Positions 39,853 to 49,690 of a stretch of 64,000 nucleotides of DNA are shown piece by piece. Location of the stretch: assembly GCA_031441465.1 (NCBI GenBank), contig JANOEP010000008.1, forward strand, positions 11,457 through 75,456, in the 5' to 3' direction. The position numbers were made by a program, and so were the translations under genes. The notes under the pieces are model-generated. The model made no database searches. It saw only the letters and a program-made list of their open reading frames with translations, and was not told the origin of the DNA. Source of the DNA: a bacterium (lineage in GTDB: Bacteria > Krumholzibacteriota > Krumholzibacteriia > LZORAL124-64-63). Every line of letters begins with the position of its first letter. Position 1 is the stretch's first letter.

Positions 39853-40095
39853 ATGAGACTGCGGATCCAGAAGTGGGGCAACAGTTTGGCGTTGCGGATT
39901 CCCAAGCCGTTCGCGGAGGAGGTCCGCGTCCATCAGGGGTCCATGGTCGAAGTCGCGCTGGTCGAAGGAAAACTCGTCGTGTCGCCGGTCGACCGGGAGA
40001 CGTCGAGCCTTGAGGAGCTTCTGGCCGGTGTGTCGCGTGGCAACCTCCCGGCGTCGGTTGACTACGGGCCACCGGTCGGTCGGGAGATCTGGTGA
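39853..40095 (+). CDS. mazE: MazE antitoxin 2
   Basis: IQKWGNSLALRIP, SLEELLAG, DYGPPVGREIW. Confidence 0.93.
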   Translation: MRLRIQKWGNSLALRIPKPFAEEVRVHQGSMVEVALVEGKLVVSPVDRETSSLEELLAGVSRGNLPASVDYGPPVGREIW

Positions 40096-40445
40096 CGCCC
40101 GGCGGTTATGTCCCGGACCGGGGCGACGCGGTCTGGATCACGTTGAATCCTCAAGCGGGGCACGAGCAGGCGGGGCGGCGCCCGGCGTTCGTCATTTCCC
40201 CACATGCGTACAACGCCAAAGTCGGGTTGGCGATCATGTGCCCGATCACGAGTCGGGTGAAGGGTTATCCGTTCGAGGTCGTCATTGCTGCCGGTTCAGG
40301 CGTCAGCGGGGCGATCTTATCCGACCAGGTCAAGAGTCTGGACTGGCGGGAGCGACGAGCGGCATTGGTTTGCCGGCTGCCGGACGACACGGTGACCGAA
40401 GTTCTCGATAAACTGCAGACGCTCCTGAAACATGAGGGAGCATGA
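40092..40445 (+). CDS. mazF: MazF endoribonuclease toxin 2
   Basis: YVPDRGD, NPQAGHEQAGRRPA, CPITS, KGYPFEV, DQVKSLDW. Confidence 0.95.
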   Translation: MTPGGYVPDRGDAVWITLNPQAGHEQAGRRPAFVISPHAYNAKVGLAIMCPITSRVKGYPFEVVIAAGSGVSGAILSDQVKSLDWRERRAALVCRLPDDTVTEVLDKLQTLLKHEGA

Positions 40446-40471
40446 CCGGCCGCCGCACCCCGGCGGGTCAT

Positions 40472-40993
40472 TCACTGATACCAGCCCCGCGCCGCCGGCA
40501 GCCGCTTGAAACCGGGGCGGCTCTCGATGAACTCGCTCAGCAGACGCCCCAAGGTTTCCGCGCGATCGCATTCGACACATGGGCTCTGGTCGCACGTCGT
40601 CCAATAGGATGTGTGCCGTCGAGCGCCCACCGAGATGCGGAGCAGGTATTCCGAACAGGGCTGCTGCATGGTCTTGTAGGCGTTCGTGTCCGGTGGAGCC
40701 ACGTGCACCGGCTGAGCGAAAAACCCGAGAGAATCGGCCAACGTGATGATCCGCGACTTTTCCCGGGCCTTGAGCGGGAAGCGGACGACGAGCGGGGGAT
40801 CGCCGATCATGTCCTTCACCAGCGTCTCGCTGACCGTGTCGAGGCGATTGCGCCCCCCCGCTCCCCAATGGAAGAGGATCTCAGCCTGGTCCCTGGTCGC
40901 GGGTTGCGGCGGCGGCATCGCACAGCCGGCGACCAGCGTGCCGAGGCCCACGAGGGCCACGAGTAGATCGCGGCATCGACCGGGTCCAGCCAT
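40472..40993 (-). CDS. Hypothetical lipoprotein
   Basis: LVAGC lipobox; globular Cys-containing domain; follows the transporter gene on the same strand. Confidence 0.6.
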   Translation of the reverse strand: MAGPGRCRDLLVALVGLGTLVAGCAMPPPQPATRDQAEILFHWGAGGRNRLDTVSETLVKDMIGDPPLVVRFPLKAREKSRIITLADSLGFFAQPVHVAPPDTNAYKTMQQPCSEYLLRISVGARRHTSYWTTCDQSPCVECDRAETLGRLLSEFIESRPGFKRLPAARGWYQ

Positions 40994-41022
40994 GAAGCGC
41001 CCCTTCGACGCAACGGCGGGCG

Positions 41023-42375
41023 TCAGGCCGCTGCCATCCTTCGGCGATCCAACCTGCGCGTCACCACGATGTAAACCCCCAGCGCCGCCAGCGACACCAG
41101 CCCCACCGCCGAGTACGCGTACCACAGGTAGTGCGCCTGCGCGTAGACCGCGGGCATCGGCCCCTGGCCGGCCAGGGCGGCGGCGTGCTGCTGCTGGACG
41201 GCGTGCGGGAGCGTGGATGGCTCCGGGCAATATTTGCTCAGCAGGAAGCCCGAGAGCACGAAGCCGAAGATGTTGGCGAAGAAGGAATTCATGTGGGCGA
41301 AGCCCAGGTAGGTGCCCTCCTTGCCCTTGGGCGCCTGCAGGGAGGCGAACTCCAGCCACTTCGGGCTGAGGAAGCACTCCGCGAGGCCCTGGATGGCGAT
41401 GCCGATGACCATCATCAGCGTGATCGGGTGCACCGACATGCCCAGGACGTTCACGTGGCCGTGGATCCAGGCCGACCCGGCCATGGCCAGGGCGGAGAAC
41501 GGGATCAGGCACATCGCCACCAGGATCGAGTTCTCGGGCTTCCACGAGCGCACCAGCTGCGTGATGAGCACCACCAGCAGCACCACCACCAGCGGGTTGA
41601 TGTTGGCGTACCACTCGGGCTTGTAGGCCTCGCCGGCCATGCGCAGCACGTAGTCCGGCATCGCCGCGTACAGCTGGCCCTGGATCGCCCAGAATCCCGC
41701 CGTGATCAGGATGAGCGACAGGAACCGCAGATTGCTCAGGGCCAACCACATGCCCTGCAGGGTCTCGCGGAAGGTGCGGACCTGGGCCGCGCCGTTGTCG
41801 TCGTCGGGACGGTAGACCAGCGCCACCAGGATCAACGCTACCAACGATGCGGCGGCCGAGAAGAAGGGCACCGTCTCCACACCCATCTGGATGCGCATGG
41901 GCGCTACGACGGTCTTGCCCGTGAACGAGCCGATGTTCACCACCATGTAGAAGATGCTGAACGCACGGGCCCGGTTGCGCTCGTCGGAGCACTTCGAGAC
42001 CGTGCCGGTGATCACCGGCTTGACGAAGGCGCCGCCGATGACCACGAGCACGAGGCCCGCGATCACCGTCCCGAGATCGTGGAAGAAGCCCAGTGTGCCG
42101 TAGCCGACGGTGAGCAGGGCGAAGGCGAGCATCAGTGCGTTGCGGAAGCCCATGCGGTCGGCCAGCGCGCCGGTGAAAAAGGGCATCAGGTAGATCCAGC
42201 CGCCGAACAGGCCGGCCACGACGCCCGCCTGGACGTCGTCCAGTCCGACCGCGCGGATCAGGTAGGTGCGCAGGGCGATGAACGTGCCGTAGTAGGCGGC
42301 GCGCTCGCAGAGCTCGGCGCCGTTGCCGGTCCAGAAGGCGCGCGGGAAGCGCCAGGTCGTCTTGCCGTCGGTCAT
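41023..42375 (-). CDS. POT/PTR-like MFS peptide transporter
   Basis: ELCERAAYYG (ExxERFxYY-like), GALADRMG, FYMVVNIGS. Confidence 0.9.
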   Translation of the reverse strand: MTDGKTTWRFPRAFWTGNGAELCERAAYYGTFIALRTYLIRAVGLDDVQAGVVAGLFGGWIYLMPFFTGALADRMGFRNALMLAFALLTVGYGTLGFFHDLGTVIAGLVLVVIGGAFVKPVITGTVSKCSDERNRARAFSIFYMVVNIGSFTGKTVVAPMRIQMGVETVPFFSAAASLVALILVALVYRPDDDNGAAQVRTFRETLQGMWLALSNLRFLSLILITAGFWAIQGQLYAAMPDYVLRMAGEAYKPEWYANINPLVVVLLVVLITQLVRSWKPENSILVAMCLIPFSALAMAGSAWIHGHVNVLGMSVHPITLMMVIGIAIQGLAECFLSPKWLEFASLQAPKGKEGTYLGFAHMNSFFANIFGFVLSGFLLSKYCPEPSTLPHAVQQQHAAALAGQGPMPAVYAQAHYLWYAYSAVGLVSLAALGVYIVVTRRLDRRRMAAA

Positions 42376-42478
42376 GGAATCCTCCGGGGTGCGGGCTGCG
42401 GTTCCCCGCAGTGTAGGGCATCGGCGGGGCTGGCGGCAATCGTAGCCCAACTGCACAACCGGAAAGACGGCCTACCTA

Positions 42479-42525
42479 TTGACACTTATGTATTTTGCGT
42501 ATATATTTACATTAAATGCGTAAAA
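42479..42525 (+). promoter_or_regulatory. sigma70 promoter of the MNT-HEPN pair, near-leaderless, with operator-like inverted repeat
   Basis: TTGACA-N17-TATATT ending 8 nt before the ATG; TTTTGCGTAT...ATGCGTAAAA. Confidence 0.65.
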
Positions 42526-43157
42526 CAAGACCTATCAACGCAATATTTCCAAACATTCGCCTGGGGATCCTGGCAACTACTTGCTTGCATCCTGATCGCT
42601 GGTGGTATTTAAGCGATCTCGCAAATCACCTTCAAGTAAGACCTTCGAGCCTTCAGCGTGAACTGACATCATTGGTTGAAGCCGGCATTCTTCTCCGACG
42701 TCGCGATGGTAATCGCGTCTACTTCCAGCCTGACCCGGAGTGCCCCTTCCTCGGGGAACTCCAGGGTCTCATGCTGAAAACCGTCGGCCTCGTCGACGTG
42801 CTCCGCGAGGCGCTCACGCCGTTCTCGTCGCTCATCTCGTGGGCCTTCGTTTATGGCTCCATTGCCCGTGGCGAGGAGATCAGCTCCAGCGACATCGACC
42901 TGATGGTCATCGGGGACATCGGTCTGGCCGTGCTCGCCACTCCCCTCCAGCAGGTCGAGAAGCGGCTGATGCGGCCAGTCAACCCCACCGTGTATACACA
43001 AGCAGAGGTTGCAAATAAGTTAGCCGCAGGGCACCCTTTCCTCCGTGAGGTTTTTAATCGTGAGAAGTTGTCGATCCTAGGACGTCTCGATGAACTGGAA
43101 TCCTCTTTTAGACTCACACCGCGTTCAGCACCACTCAACGAGCCGTTCCGAGATTGA
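42516..43157 (+). CDS. HTH + minimal nucleotidyltransferase (MNT) antitoxin
   Basis: N-terminal wHTH (SLQRELTSLVEAG, GNRVYF); YGSIARGEEISSSDIDL (GS-x10-DxD). Confidence 0.9.
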   Translation: MRKTRPINAIFPNIRLGILATTCLHPDRWWYLSDLANHLQVRPSSLQRELTSLVEAGILLRRRDGNRVYFQPDPECPFLGELQGLMLKTVGLVDVLREALTPFSSLISWAFVYGSIARGEEISSSDIDLMVIGDIGLAVLATPLQQVEKRLMRPVNPTVYTQAEVANKLAAGHPFLREVFNREKLSILGRLDELESSFRLTPRSAPLNEPFRD

Positions 43158-43533
43158 CGGTTTGCGATCGGTCGTCGACCGTGATCTCACCGACGCATCG
43201 CTCGCCGACCTCTCAGCGGACCGTCGGTTCGCCACCGCCTACAACGCCGTTCTGCAATTGTCGAAAATGGCTATCGCCTGCGCCGGTTACCGGATCACCA
43301 GTCGTGGTCACCACCAAACCACGTTCGAAGCGCTCCCGCTCGCACTGGGATCCGAGATCGCAAGTTTCGCCCGGTATTTCGACACCTGCCGACGCAAGCG
43401 GAACATCATCGACTACGATTTTGCCAGTTCAGCTTCCGAGACAGAGGCCACTGAGCTCGTCGATAAGGCCGGTGAATTCAGAGTGCACGTGGAAGCCTGG
43501 ATAGCCGCTCATCATCCAGGAATGGCTATTTGA
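43090..43533 (+). CDS. HEPN-domain protein (putative toxin)
   Basis: AYNAVL, GYR..GHH, RRKRNIIDY; overlaps the MNT gene. Confidence 0.8.
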   Translation: MNWNPLLDSHRVQHHSTSRSEIDGLRSVVDRDLTDASLADLSADRRFATAYNAVLQLSKMAIACAGYRITSRGHHQTTFEALPLALGSEIASFARYFDTCRRKRNIIDYDFASSASETEATELVDKAGEFRVHVEAWIAAHHPGMAI

Positions 43534-43562
43534 TGCAACCCATCGATGACGAGGGAGCGAAC

Positions 43563-44969
43563 ATGACCATCCAATTGACCTTCCTGGGCGCGGCCGGCAA
43601 CGTCACCGGCTCGCGCTACCTCGTCGAAGCCGGCGGCAAGCGCGTCTACGTGGACTGCGGCATGTTCCAGGAGTGGCGCTACAAGACGCGCAACTGGCAG
43701 CCGGGTCCGGTCGCGCCCGCGGACATCGACGCCGTGATCCTGACCCACGGCCATCTCGACCACTGCGGCCTGCTGCCGAAGCTGGTGCGCGACGGTTTCG
43801 CGGGGCGCATCCACTGCACCGCGGCGACGGCGGACATCGCCATGATCGTCATGGAGGACGCGGGCACGATCCAGGAAGAGGACGCCCGCAACAAGCGCAA
43901 GCGGCACCTGCGCGAGGGACGCAGCGGCCCGCATCCCGAGGAACCCCTCTTCACGCACCGCGACGCCCTCGCCGTCCGCAAGCGCCTGACCAAGACTCCC
44001 TTCGGCGCGCCGGTGCGCGTGGCCGACGGGATCGAGGTCGAGTTCACGGGCGCCGGGCACATCCTGGGCGCCGCGTCAGTGATTCTGCGCCTCGGCGAGG
44101 CCGACGCACGGCGGACGCTGGTGTTCTCCGGCGATCTCGGCCCCTGGGACATGCCGATCATCGAGGATCCTCAGCCCCCCACCCACGCCGACTACCTGGT
44201 GATCGAATCGACCTACGGGGAACGGGACCACGACCCGCCGCAGGCCGTGCCTGAAGCCTTGGCCAAGGTGATCCGGGAGACCGCCGATGCCGGCGGCAAC
44301 CTGGTGATCCCGAGTTTTTCGGTCGAGCGCACCCAGGACCTGCTCTACCACCTGAACCTGCTGCGCCAAGCGGGCCGCGTCCCGGACCTGCCCGTCTTCG
44401 TGGACAGCCCGATGGCCATCAAGGTCACCGAGGTCTTCGCGCGGCATCCCGAACTCTTCGACGAGGAAGCCCGTGTCCTGCTGCGCGAAGGCCGTCATCT
44501 CAGCGACTTCCCCGGCCTGCGGCTCTGCCGGACCCGCGAGGAGTCCCAGGCGATCAACTTCCAGAAGCGGCCGGCGATCATCATCGCCGGGTCGGGCATG
44601 TGCACCAGCGGCCGCATCAAGTACCACCTCGAGCACAACCTCGGGCGGCCCGAGAGCACGGTGCTGTTCATCGGCTACCAGGCGTCCGGGACCCTGGGCC
44701 GCGACATCCTCGACGGCGCGCCCACGGTGCGGCTGCTCGGAGCGATGCGGCCGGTCCGGGCGCGCGTGGCCGAGATCCACGGCTTCTCGGCCCACGCCGG
44801 GCGCGGCGAGCTGCTGCGCTGGGCGCGCGCGTTGCGTGAGAAGCCCCGGCACGTGTTCGTCACCCACGGCGAGCCCGAGACCGCGGCGGCCTTCGCCGAG
44901 TCCCTGAACCGGGAATGCGGGTACGAGGCGACGGTGCCGGCGTACCTCGACACCGTCACCCTCACCTGA
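43563..44969 (+). CDS. MBL-fold beta-CASP ribonuclease
   Basis: GAAGNVTGS, THGHLDH, GHILG, SGD, ESTYG, SGMCTSGRI, FSAH, THGE. Confidence 0.93.
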   Translation: MTIQLTFLGAAGNVTGSRYLVEAGGKRVYVDCGMFQEWRYKTRNWQPGPVAPADIDAVILTHGHLDHCGLLPKLVRDGFAGRIHCTAATADIAMIVMEDAGTIQEEDARNKRKRHLREGRSGPHPEEPLFTHRDALAVRKRLTKTPFGAPVRVADGIEVEFTGAGHILGAASVILRLGEADARRTLVFSGDLGPWDMPIIEDPQPPTHADYLVIESTYGERDHDPPQAVPEALAKVIRETADAGGNLVIPSFSVERTQDLLYHLNLLRQAGRVPDLPVFVDSPMAIKVTEVFARHPELFDEEARVLLREGRHLSDFPGLRLCRTREESQAINFQKRPAIIIAGSGMCTSGRIKYHLEHNLGRPESTVLFIGYQASGTLGRDILDGAPTVRLLGAMRPVRARVAEIHGFSAHAGRGELLRWARALREKPRHVFVTHGEPETAAAFAESLNRECGYEATVPAYLDTVTLT

Positions 44970-45004
44970 TCCCACGGCCGCCCGCCGCCGCCCCGGAGGA
45001 CGAC

Positions 45005-45469
45005 ATGCACGACGACCGCGACGGCCTCGCCGGACGCTACCGCCGCATCGGAGCGCAGCTGGCCGAGTTGTTCCTGAAGACCGGCGACCCGACCGCCCGC
45101 ATGGCGACCGCCGTCGCCGTGCTGCACCACAAGATGCCGCACTACTTCTGGACGGGTTTCTACCGGGTGGTCGACGGGGCGCTGGTGGTCGGCCCCTACC
45201 AGGGGCCGGTAGCCTGCGCGGTGCTGCGCGGACCGGAGGGCGTGTGCTGGGCCGGAGTCCGCGGCGGCGCGACGGTGGTGGTGCCCGACGTCCACGCCTA
45301 CCCGGGCCACGTCGCCTGCGACGCGCGCTCCCGCAGCGAGATCGTCGTGCCGGTGCGGGACCGCACGGGGGCCGTCGTGGCGGTCCTGGACGTGGATTCC
45401 GAGCGTCCGGACGCCTTCGGCGAGGCCGACCGCGCGGGACTCGAACAGATCGTGTCGCTGCTCTTCTGA
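45005..45469 (+). CDS. GAF-domain protein, free methionine-(R)-sulfoxide reductase-like
   Basis: WTGFY, GPYQGPVAC, GVC, HVACD, SEIVVP, VLDVDS. Confidence 0.85.
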   Translation: MHDDRDGLAGRYRRIGAQLAELFLKTGDPTARMATAVAVLHHKMPHYFWTGFYRVVDGALVVGPYQGPVACAVLRGPEGVCWAGVRGGATVVVPDVHAYPGHVACDARSRSEIVVPVRDRTGAVVAVLDVDSERPDAFGEADRAGLEQIVSLLF

Positions 45470-45480
45470 CCGACCGGCCT

Positions 45481-47646
45481 TCATTTCACGAGCATCAACT
45501 TGCGACCGACCACCGATCCCTCCGTCGCGAGGCGGACCAGGTAGAACCCGCTGGGCGCGGGCCGGCCCGCGGCGTCGCGGCCGTCCCAGACGAAGGCGTG
45601 CGGTCCGGCGGACAGGTCGGCGTCGACCAGGCTCGTCAGCAGGCGGCCGTCGGCGGCGTGGATGGTGAGGCGGGCGCGGCCGGCGCGGGCCAGCGTGAAG
45701 TCCAGCTGCGTGGAGGGGTTGAACGGGTTCGGCGCAGCCGTCAGTTGCAGGCCGGCGGCGGACGGCGGCACGCCCATCGTCTGGTAGACGTCCTCGTGCT
45801 CGAGGATCCAGAAGCCGTCCTCCATGTCGACGAGGTAGAGACGCGGGCCGCGCGCGACGACGCTCTGGGCCGTGCCAGCGGTGTCGAAGTGGCCGACCGG
45901 CGTGGGCAGGCGCTGGTCCTTGATGTCCAGGATCGTCAGGCCGTGGGGGTAGGTCGCCGTGTAGACGAAGTCGCCCTGGAGCGTGACCCCGGCGGGGTGG
46001 CCCTTGGTCAGGCAGCGGCCGATCTCCACCGGGCTGGCGGGGTTGCTCACCAGCACGAGCCGCAGGCCGGCGCTCCCCTCGGCGAGCACCACGAAGCCGT
46101 CGCCCGCATCGACGCCCTGGCTGAAACCATCGGTGCCGAGGTGGCCGGCGAGGGTGGGGTGGGCCGGATCGGACACGTCGACGATGCGCAGGCCGTCGTA
46201 GCCGAAGGCCAGGTAGGCCGTGTCGTCACGGACCTGCAGGCCGTAGACGTACTGCCCCGGCACGTAGTAGCGCCCGACCAGCCGCGGCGCCGACGGCGTC
46301 GCGACGTCGACGATCAGCAGGCCTTGGTTGCGGTCGCCGACGTAGCAGAGGTCGCCGGCCAGCACGATGCAGTTGGCGTAAAAAGTGGAGTATCGGCCGA
46401 GCAGGACCGGCACGGCGGGATCGCGCACATCGACGATCTGCAGCCCGCCCGACTCCGCGGCGACGTAGGCGATGCCGTCGCGGACCTTGACGTCGCGGGC
46501 GTGGGTCGCCGGCCAGCGGCCGAGTTCGCGCGGCCGGGCGGGATCGCGCACGTCGACGATGCGCAGGCCGTCGTAACGGCCGACGACGTAAGCGATGGTG
46601 CCCACGACGTCCATCTTCGCGCTGTGGCCGCCCTCGTCGCGACGGCCGACCTCGACCGGGGCCTCTCCCGGCGCCTGCGCCACCACCGCCAGTCCGGTGG
46701 GGCTGGTCGGCACGTAGAGCCAGTTGCGGCCGGCGACCGTCGTGAGGCAGTTGTCGTAGGGCAGCGACCCCGTCCAGACCGGCGCCGCCGCGTCCGTCAG
46801 GTCGTAGGCCTGGAAGCCGCAGCTGAACCCGGAGACGTAGAGACGGTCCCCGACGGTCACCGCATCCACGACGTTGCCGGGCAGCGGGTAGGTGCGGACG
46901 GCGAGGGGCGCGGCCGGCGTCGAGAGGTCCAGGACGCCGAAGCCGTCGTCGCCGAGCGCGCAGTAGGCGTGGTCCCCGTGCAGGCTCAGGCCCCGCACCG
47001 AATCCCAGGGTTGGGTCACCGACACCGGTTTCGGCGCGGCCGGCCACGTGACGTCCAGGACGTGCAGGCCCCCGGACCCGTACGACAGGTACGCCAGGTG
47101 GCCCTGCAGGTCGACCTCGAACAGGGTGCCGTCGGTGCTGTAGGCGGACGCTTCGCGCGGGTCCTTGGGGACGCGGACGTCCACGATGCGCAGGCCGTGG
47201 TCGCCGAGGGCGAGGTAGGCGAAACCGCCGCGCACCACGATGTCGTAGATGCGCCCCGGGAAGTCGAGCCGCGCGAGGCCGCGCGGGTGCTCGGGGTCGC
47301 GCACGTCGACCACCGCGAGGCCGTAATCGATGAGGCTCACGTAGGCGATGCCGCGCGCCTCGGCCACGCAGTAGATCTCGCTGGGGAGCGTGAGGCCGCC
47401 GAGGCGGACGGGGGCGGCGGGGTCGCGGAAATCGACGATCTCCAGGGCGGCGCCGTTGCCGACCAGCACGGTGTCGCCCATGGCGCAGGCCCCGTAGCAG
47501 GCGCCGTTGGGCCAGTGCCCCAGCGGTTTCACGCGTTCGGCGGCGTTGGGCAAGGGAATGCCGGGATCGGTCTGGGCGCGGGCGCCCGCCGCGCAGACGA
47601 GCAGCGCGGCCAGCAGGGCGAGGCCGGGGCGGCGGGCGAACGACAC
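45481..47646 (-). CDS. Secreted LVIVD-repeat protein with C-terminal FlgD Ig-like domain
   Basis: Repeated GLRIVDVRDP units; AAPNPFNPST..WDGRD..SGFYL..KLMLVK; signal peptide. Confidence 0.88.
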   Translation of the reverse strand: MSFARRPGLALLAALLVCAAGARAQTDPGIPLPNAAERVKPLGHWPNGACYGACAMGDTVLVGNGAALEIVDFRDPAAPVRLGGLTLPSEIYCVAEARGIAYVSLIDYGLAVVDVRDPEHPRGLARLDFPGRIYDIVVRGGFAYLALGDHGLRIVDVRVPKDPREASAYSTDGTLFEVDLQGHLAYLSYGSGGLHVLDVTWPAAPKPVSVTQPWDSVRGLSLHGDHAYCALGDDGFGVLDLSTPAAPLAVRTYPLPGNVVDAVTVGDRLYVSGFSCGFQAYDLTDAAAPVWTGSLPYDNCLTTVAGRNWLYVPTSPTGLAVVAQAPGEAPVEVGRRDEGGHSAKMDVVGTIAYVVGRYDGLRIVDVRDPARPRELGRWPATHARDVKVRDGIAYVAAESGGLQIVDVRDPAVPVLLGRYSTFYANCIVLAGDLCYVGDRNQGLLIVDVATPSAPRLVGRYYVPGQYVYGLQVRDDTAYLAFGYDGLRIVDVSDPAHPTLAGHLGTDGFSQGVDAGDGFVVLAEGSAGLRLVLVSNPASPVEIGRCLTKGHPAGVTLQGDFVYTATYPHGLTILDIKDQRLPTPVGHFDTAGTAQSVVARGPRLYLVDMEDGFWILEHEDVYQTMGVPPSAAGLQLTAAPNPFNPSTQLDFTLARAGRARLTIHAADGRLLTSLVDADLSAGPHAFVWDGRDAAGRPAPSGFYLVRLATEGSVVGRKLMLVK

Positions 47647-47793
47647 GTCGGTCCCCTTCCAGACGGGTGGCCGGATCTGATTCAGTATACGGGTTCCCCA
47701 CCCCGGCGACCAGCGCCGCAAACAGGGCTTTCCTGAACGCGCCCGTTCACTATCTTGGCGAATGAAGCCCGAACACCATCCCCGGAGGTCGCG

Positions 47794-48279
47794 ATGAACC
47801 CCACGTTCGCCCTTGTCCTGGGCCTGATCCTCGGCCTCGCCCTGGCGGCCGGAGTCGGCGTCGGCGTGCTGCGGACTCGGATGATCACCCCCCGCCGCAG
47901 CCGTCACGGCTTCGACGAGACCTGCGCCGCGATCGAGCGCGTGGTCCCCGCCGACCCCGAAGGCTGGAGCTTGCCGTTGCCGGCCTGGGACGCCCACGCC
48001 GTCCTGGAGAAGAAGGGCCTCGCACCGGCCAACCTGCGCTCGCTGCGTTTCTTCTTCGTCTGCAATCCCCAGCTCGCCTCGGGCCTGTTGCGGCTGGATC
48101 CGACCTTCGCCGGCATGATGCCGTGCACCTGGGCCGTCTATGAGCGGCAGGACGGGACGGTGTGGTTGGCGAAGCTGAACGTCGGGCTCATGAGTCGCCT
48201 GTTCCCGCCGGCAATCGCCGCGATCATGGGTCGGGTCGCCGCCGCGGATGAACGGTTCCTGGCGGAGATCCTGGGCTGA
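47794..48279 (+). CDS. DUF302 family protein
   Basis: N-terminal TM; FDET, VCNP, MMPC..AVYE. Confidence 0.8.
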   Translation: MNPTFALVLGLILGLALAAGVGVGVLRTRMITPRRSRHGFDETCAAIERVVPADPEGWSLPLPAWDAHAVLEKKGLAPANLRSLRFFFVCNPQLASGLLRLDPTFAGMMPCTWAVYERQDGTVWLAKLNVGLMSRLFPPAIAAIMGRVAAADERFLAEILG

Positions 48280-48454
48280 GCCGGGGATCCGCCGGGGCCC
48301 GTCGCGAATCCGCCCTGGCGCTTTCCGCCCGGGACGCTTATCGTGGTGGGGATCCGTCGGGCATCAGTGTCAATGGTTCGCATCCCGACCCCCATAAATT
48401 CCGTTACGAGCTGAGAATGCGACTTGGCTCATCCGAGCCAAGGAGAACCCTGAG

Positions 48455-49684
48455 TTGAGTTTCGAAATCTTCGGTCTCGATCCGCGCATCCTCGATGGCG
48501 TGCGCGCCGCCGGCTATACCACGCCGACCCCCATCCAGCGCCAGGCGATCCCCGAGGTCATGGCCGGCCGCGACGTCCTGGGCGTAGCCCAGACGGGCAC
48601 CGGCAAGACCGCGGCCTTCGCCTTGCCCATCCTCCAACGCCTGCTCGACGGCCCCCGCGGCCGCACGCGCGCGCTGATCATCGCGCCCACGCGCGAGCTG
48701 GCCGAGCAGATCCACGGCTTCTTCCACTCGATGACCCGCCGCACCGGCCTGCGCAGCGCGACGGTGTACGGCGGCGTCGGCCGCGCCGCCCAGGCCCAGG
48801 CCCTGCGCCGGGGCACGGAGATCATCGTGGCCTGCCCGGGCCGCCTGCTCGACCACATGGGCGAGGGCGACGCCGACCTGACCGGGATCGAGGTGCTCGT
48901 CCTGGACGAGGCCGACCGGATGTGCGACATGGGCTTCCTGCCCGACGTGAAGCGCATCCTGCGCGAACTGCCCGTCGACCGCCAGACGCTGTTCTTCTCG
49001 GCGACCATGCCGGCGGACATCCGCTCCCTGGCCGACCGGATCCTGCGCAACCCGCTGGCCGTCCAGGTCGACACCATCGCCCCGGCCGCGACGGTCGCCC
49101 ATGCGATCTACCCCACGACCGACCGCCTGCGCAAGAGCATGCTCGAGACGCTGCTGCGCCGCGTGGCCACCGGCCGCACGCTGGTCTTCACCCGCACGAA
49201 GCACCGCGCGCGCGGCCTGGCCCAGGACCTCGAGCGCTGCGGGATGCGCGTCGCCGAGCTGCAGGGCAACATGCCGCAGAGCAAGCGGCAGCAGGCCATC
49301 GACGGCTTCCGCAGCGGCCGCTACGACATCCTGGTCGCCACCGACATCGCGGCCCGCGGCATCGACGTCACCGCGGTCAAGCACGTCATCAACTATGACG
49401 CGCCCGACACCGTGGACGCCTACACCCACCGCATCGGCCGCACCGGCCGGGCCCAGCTCACCGGCGAGGCCTTCACCCTGGTCGACAGCGACGACAGCGA
49501 GCTGATCGAGCGCATCGAGAAGACCCTGGGCGTCCCGCTGGAGCGGCGCCGCATCGACGGCTTCGACTACGGCGCCTTCACGCCCGAGACGGCCCTGAAC
49601 CCGGTGCGCCGCGCCGCGGCGGCGGGACGGTCAGGTGGCGGCGGGCGGCGGCGGGCGCCGACTCGGATGAAGCGCTTCGGTTAA
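48455..49684 (+). CDS. rhlE: DEAD-box RNA helicase (RhlE-like)
   Basis: PTPIQ, AQTGTGKT, PTRELA, DEAD, SAT, ARGID, HRIGRTGR. Confidence 0.93.
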   Translation: MSFEIFGLDPRILDGVRAAGYTTPTPIQRQAIPEVMAGRDVLGVAQTGTGKTAAFALPILQRLLDGPRGRTRALIIAPTRELAEQIHGFFHSMTRRTGLRSATVYGGVGRAAQAQALRRGTEIIVACPGRLLDHMGEGDADLTGIEVLVLDEADRMCDMGFLPDVKRILRELPVDRQTLFFSATMPADIRSLADRILRNPLAVQVDTIAPAATVAHAIYPTTDRLRKSMLETLLRRVATGRTLVFTRTKHRARGLAQDLERCGMRVAELQGNMPQSKRQQAIDGFRSGRYDILVATDIAARGIDVTAVKHVINYDAPDTVDAYTHRIGRTGRAQLTGEAFTLVDSDDSELIERIEKTLGVPLERRRIDGFDYGAFTPETALNPVRRAAAAGRSGGGGRRRAPTRMKRFG

Positions 49685-49690
49685 ATTAAC

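Noticed and set aside
39000..43533. Integron cassette array or prophage explaining the TA cluster
   Set aside because: No integrase, attC sites, flanking direct repeats or phage genes visible
45790..47460. Repeated DNA units that could mimic a CRISPR array
   Set aside because: They are degenerate in-frame LVIVD protein repeats
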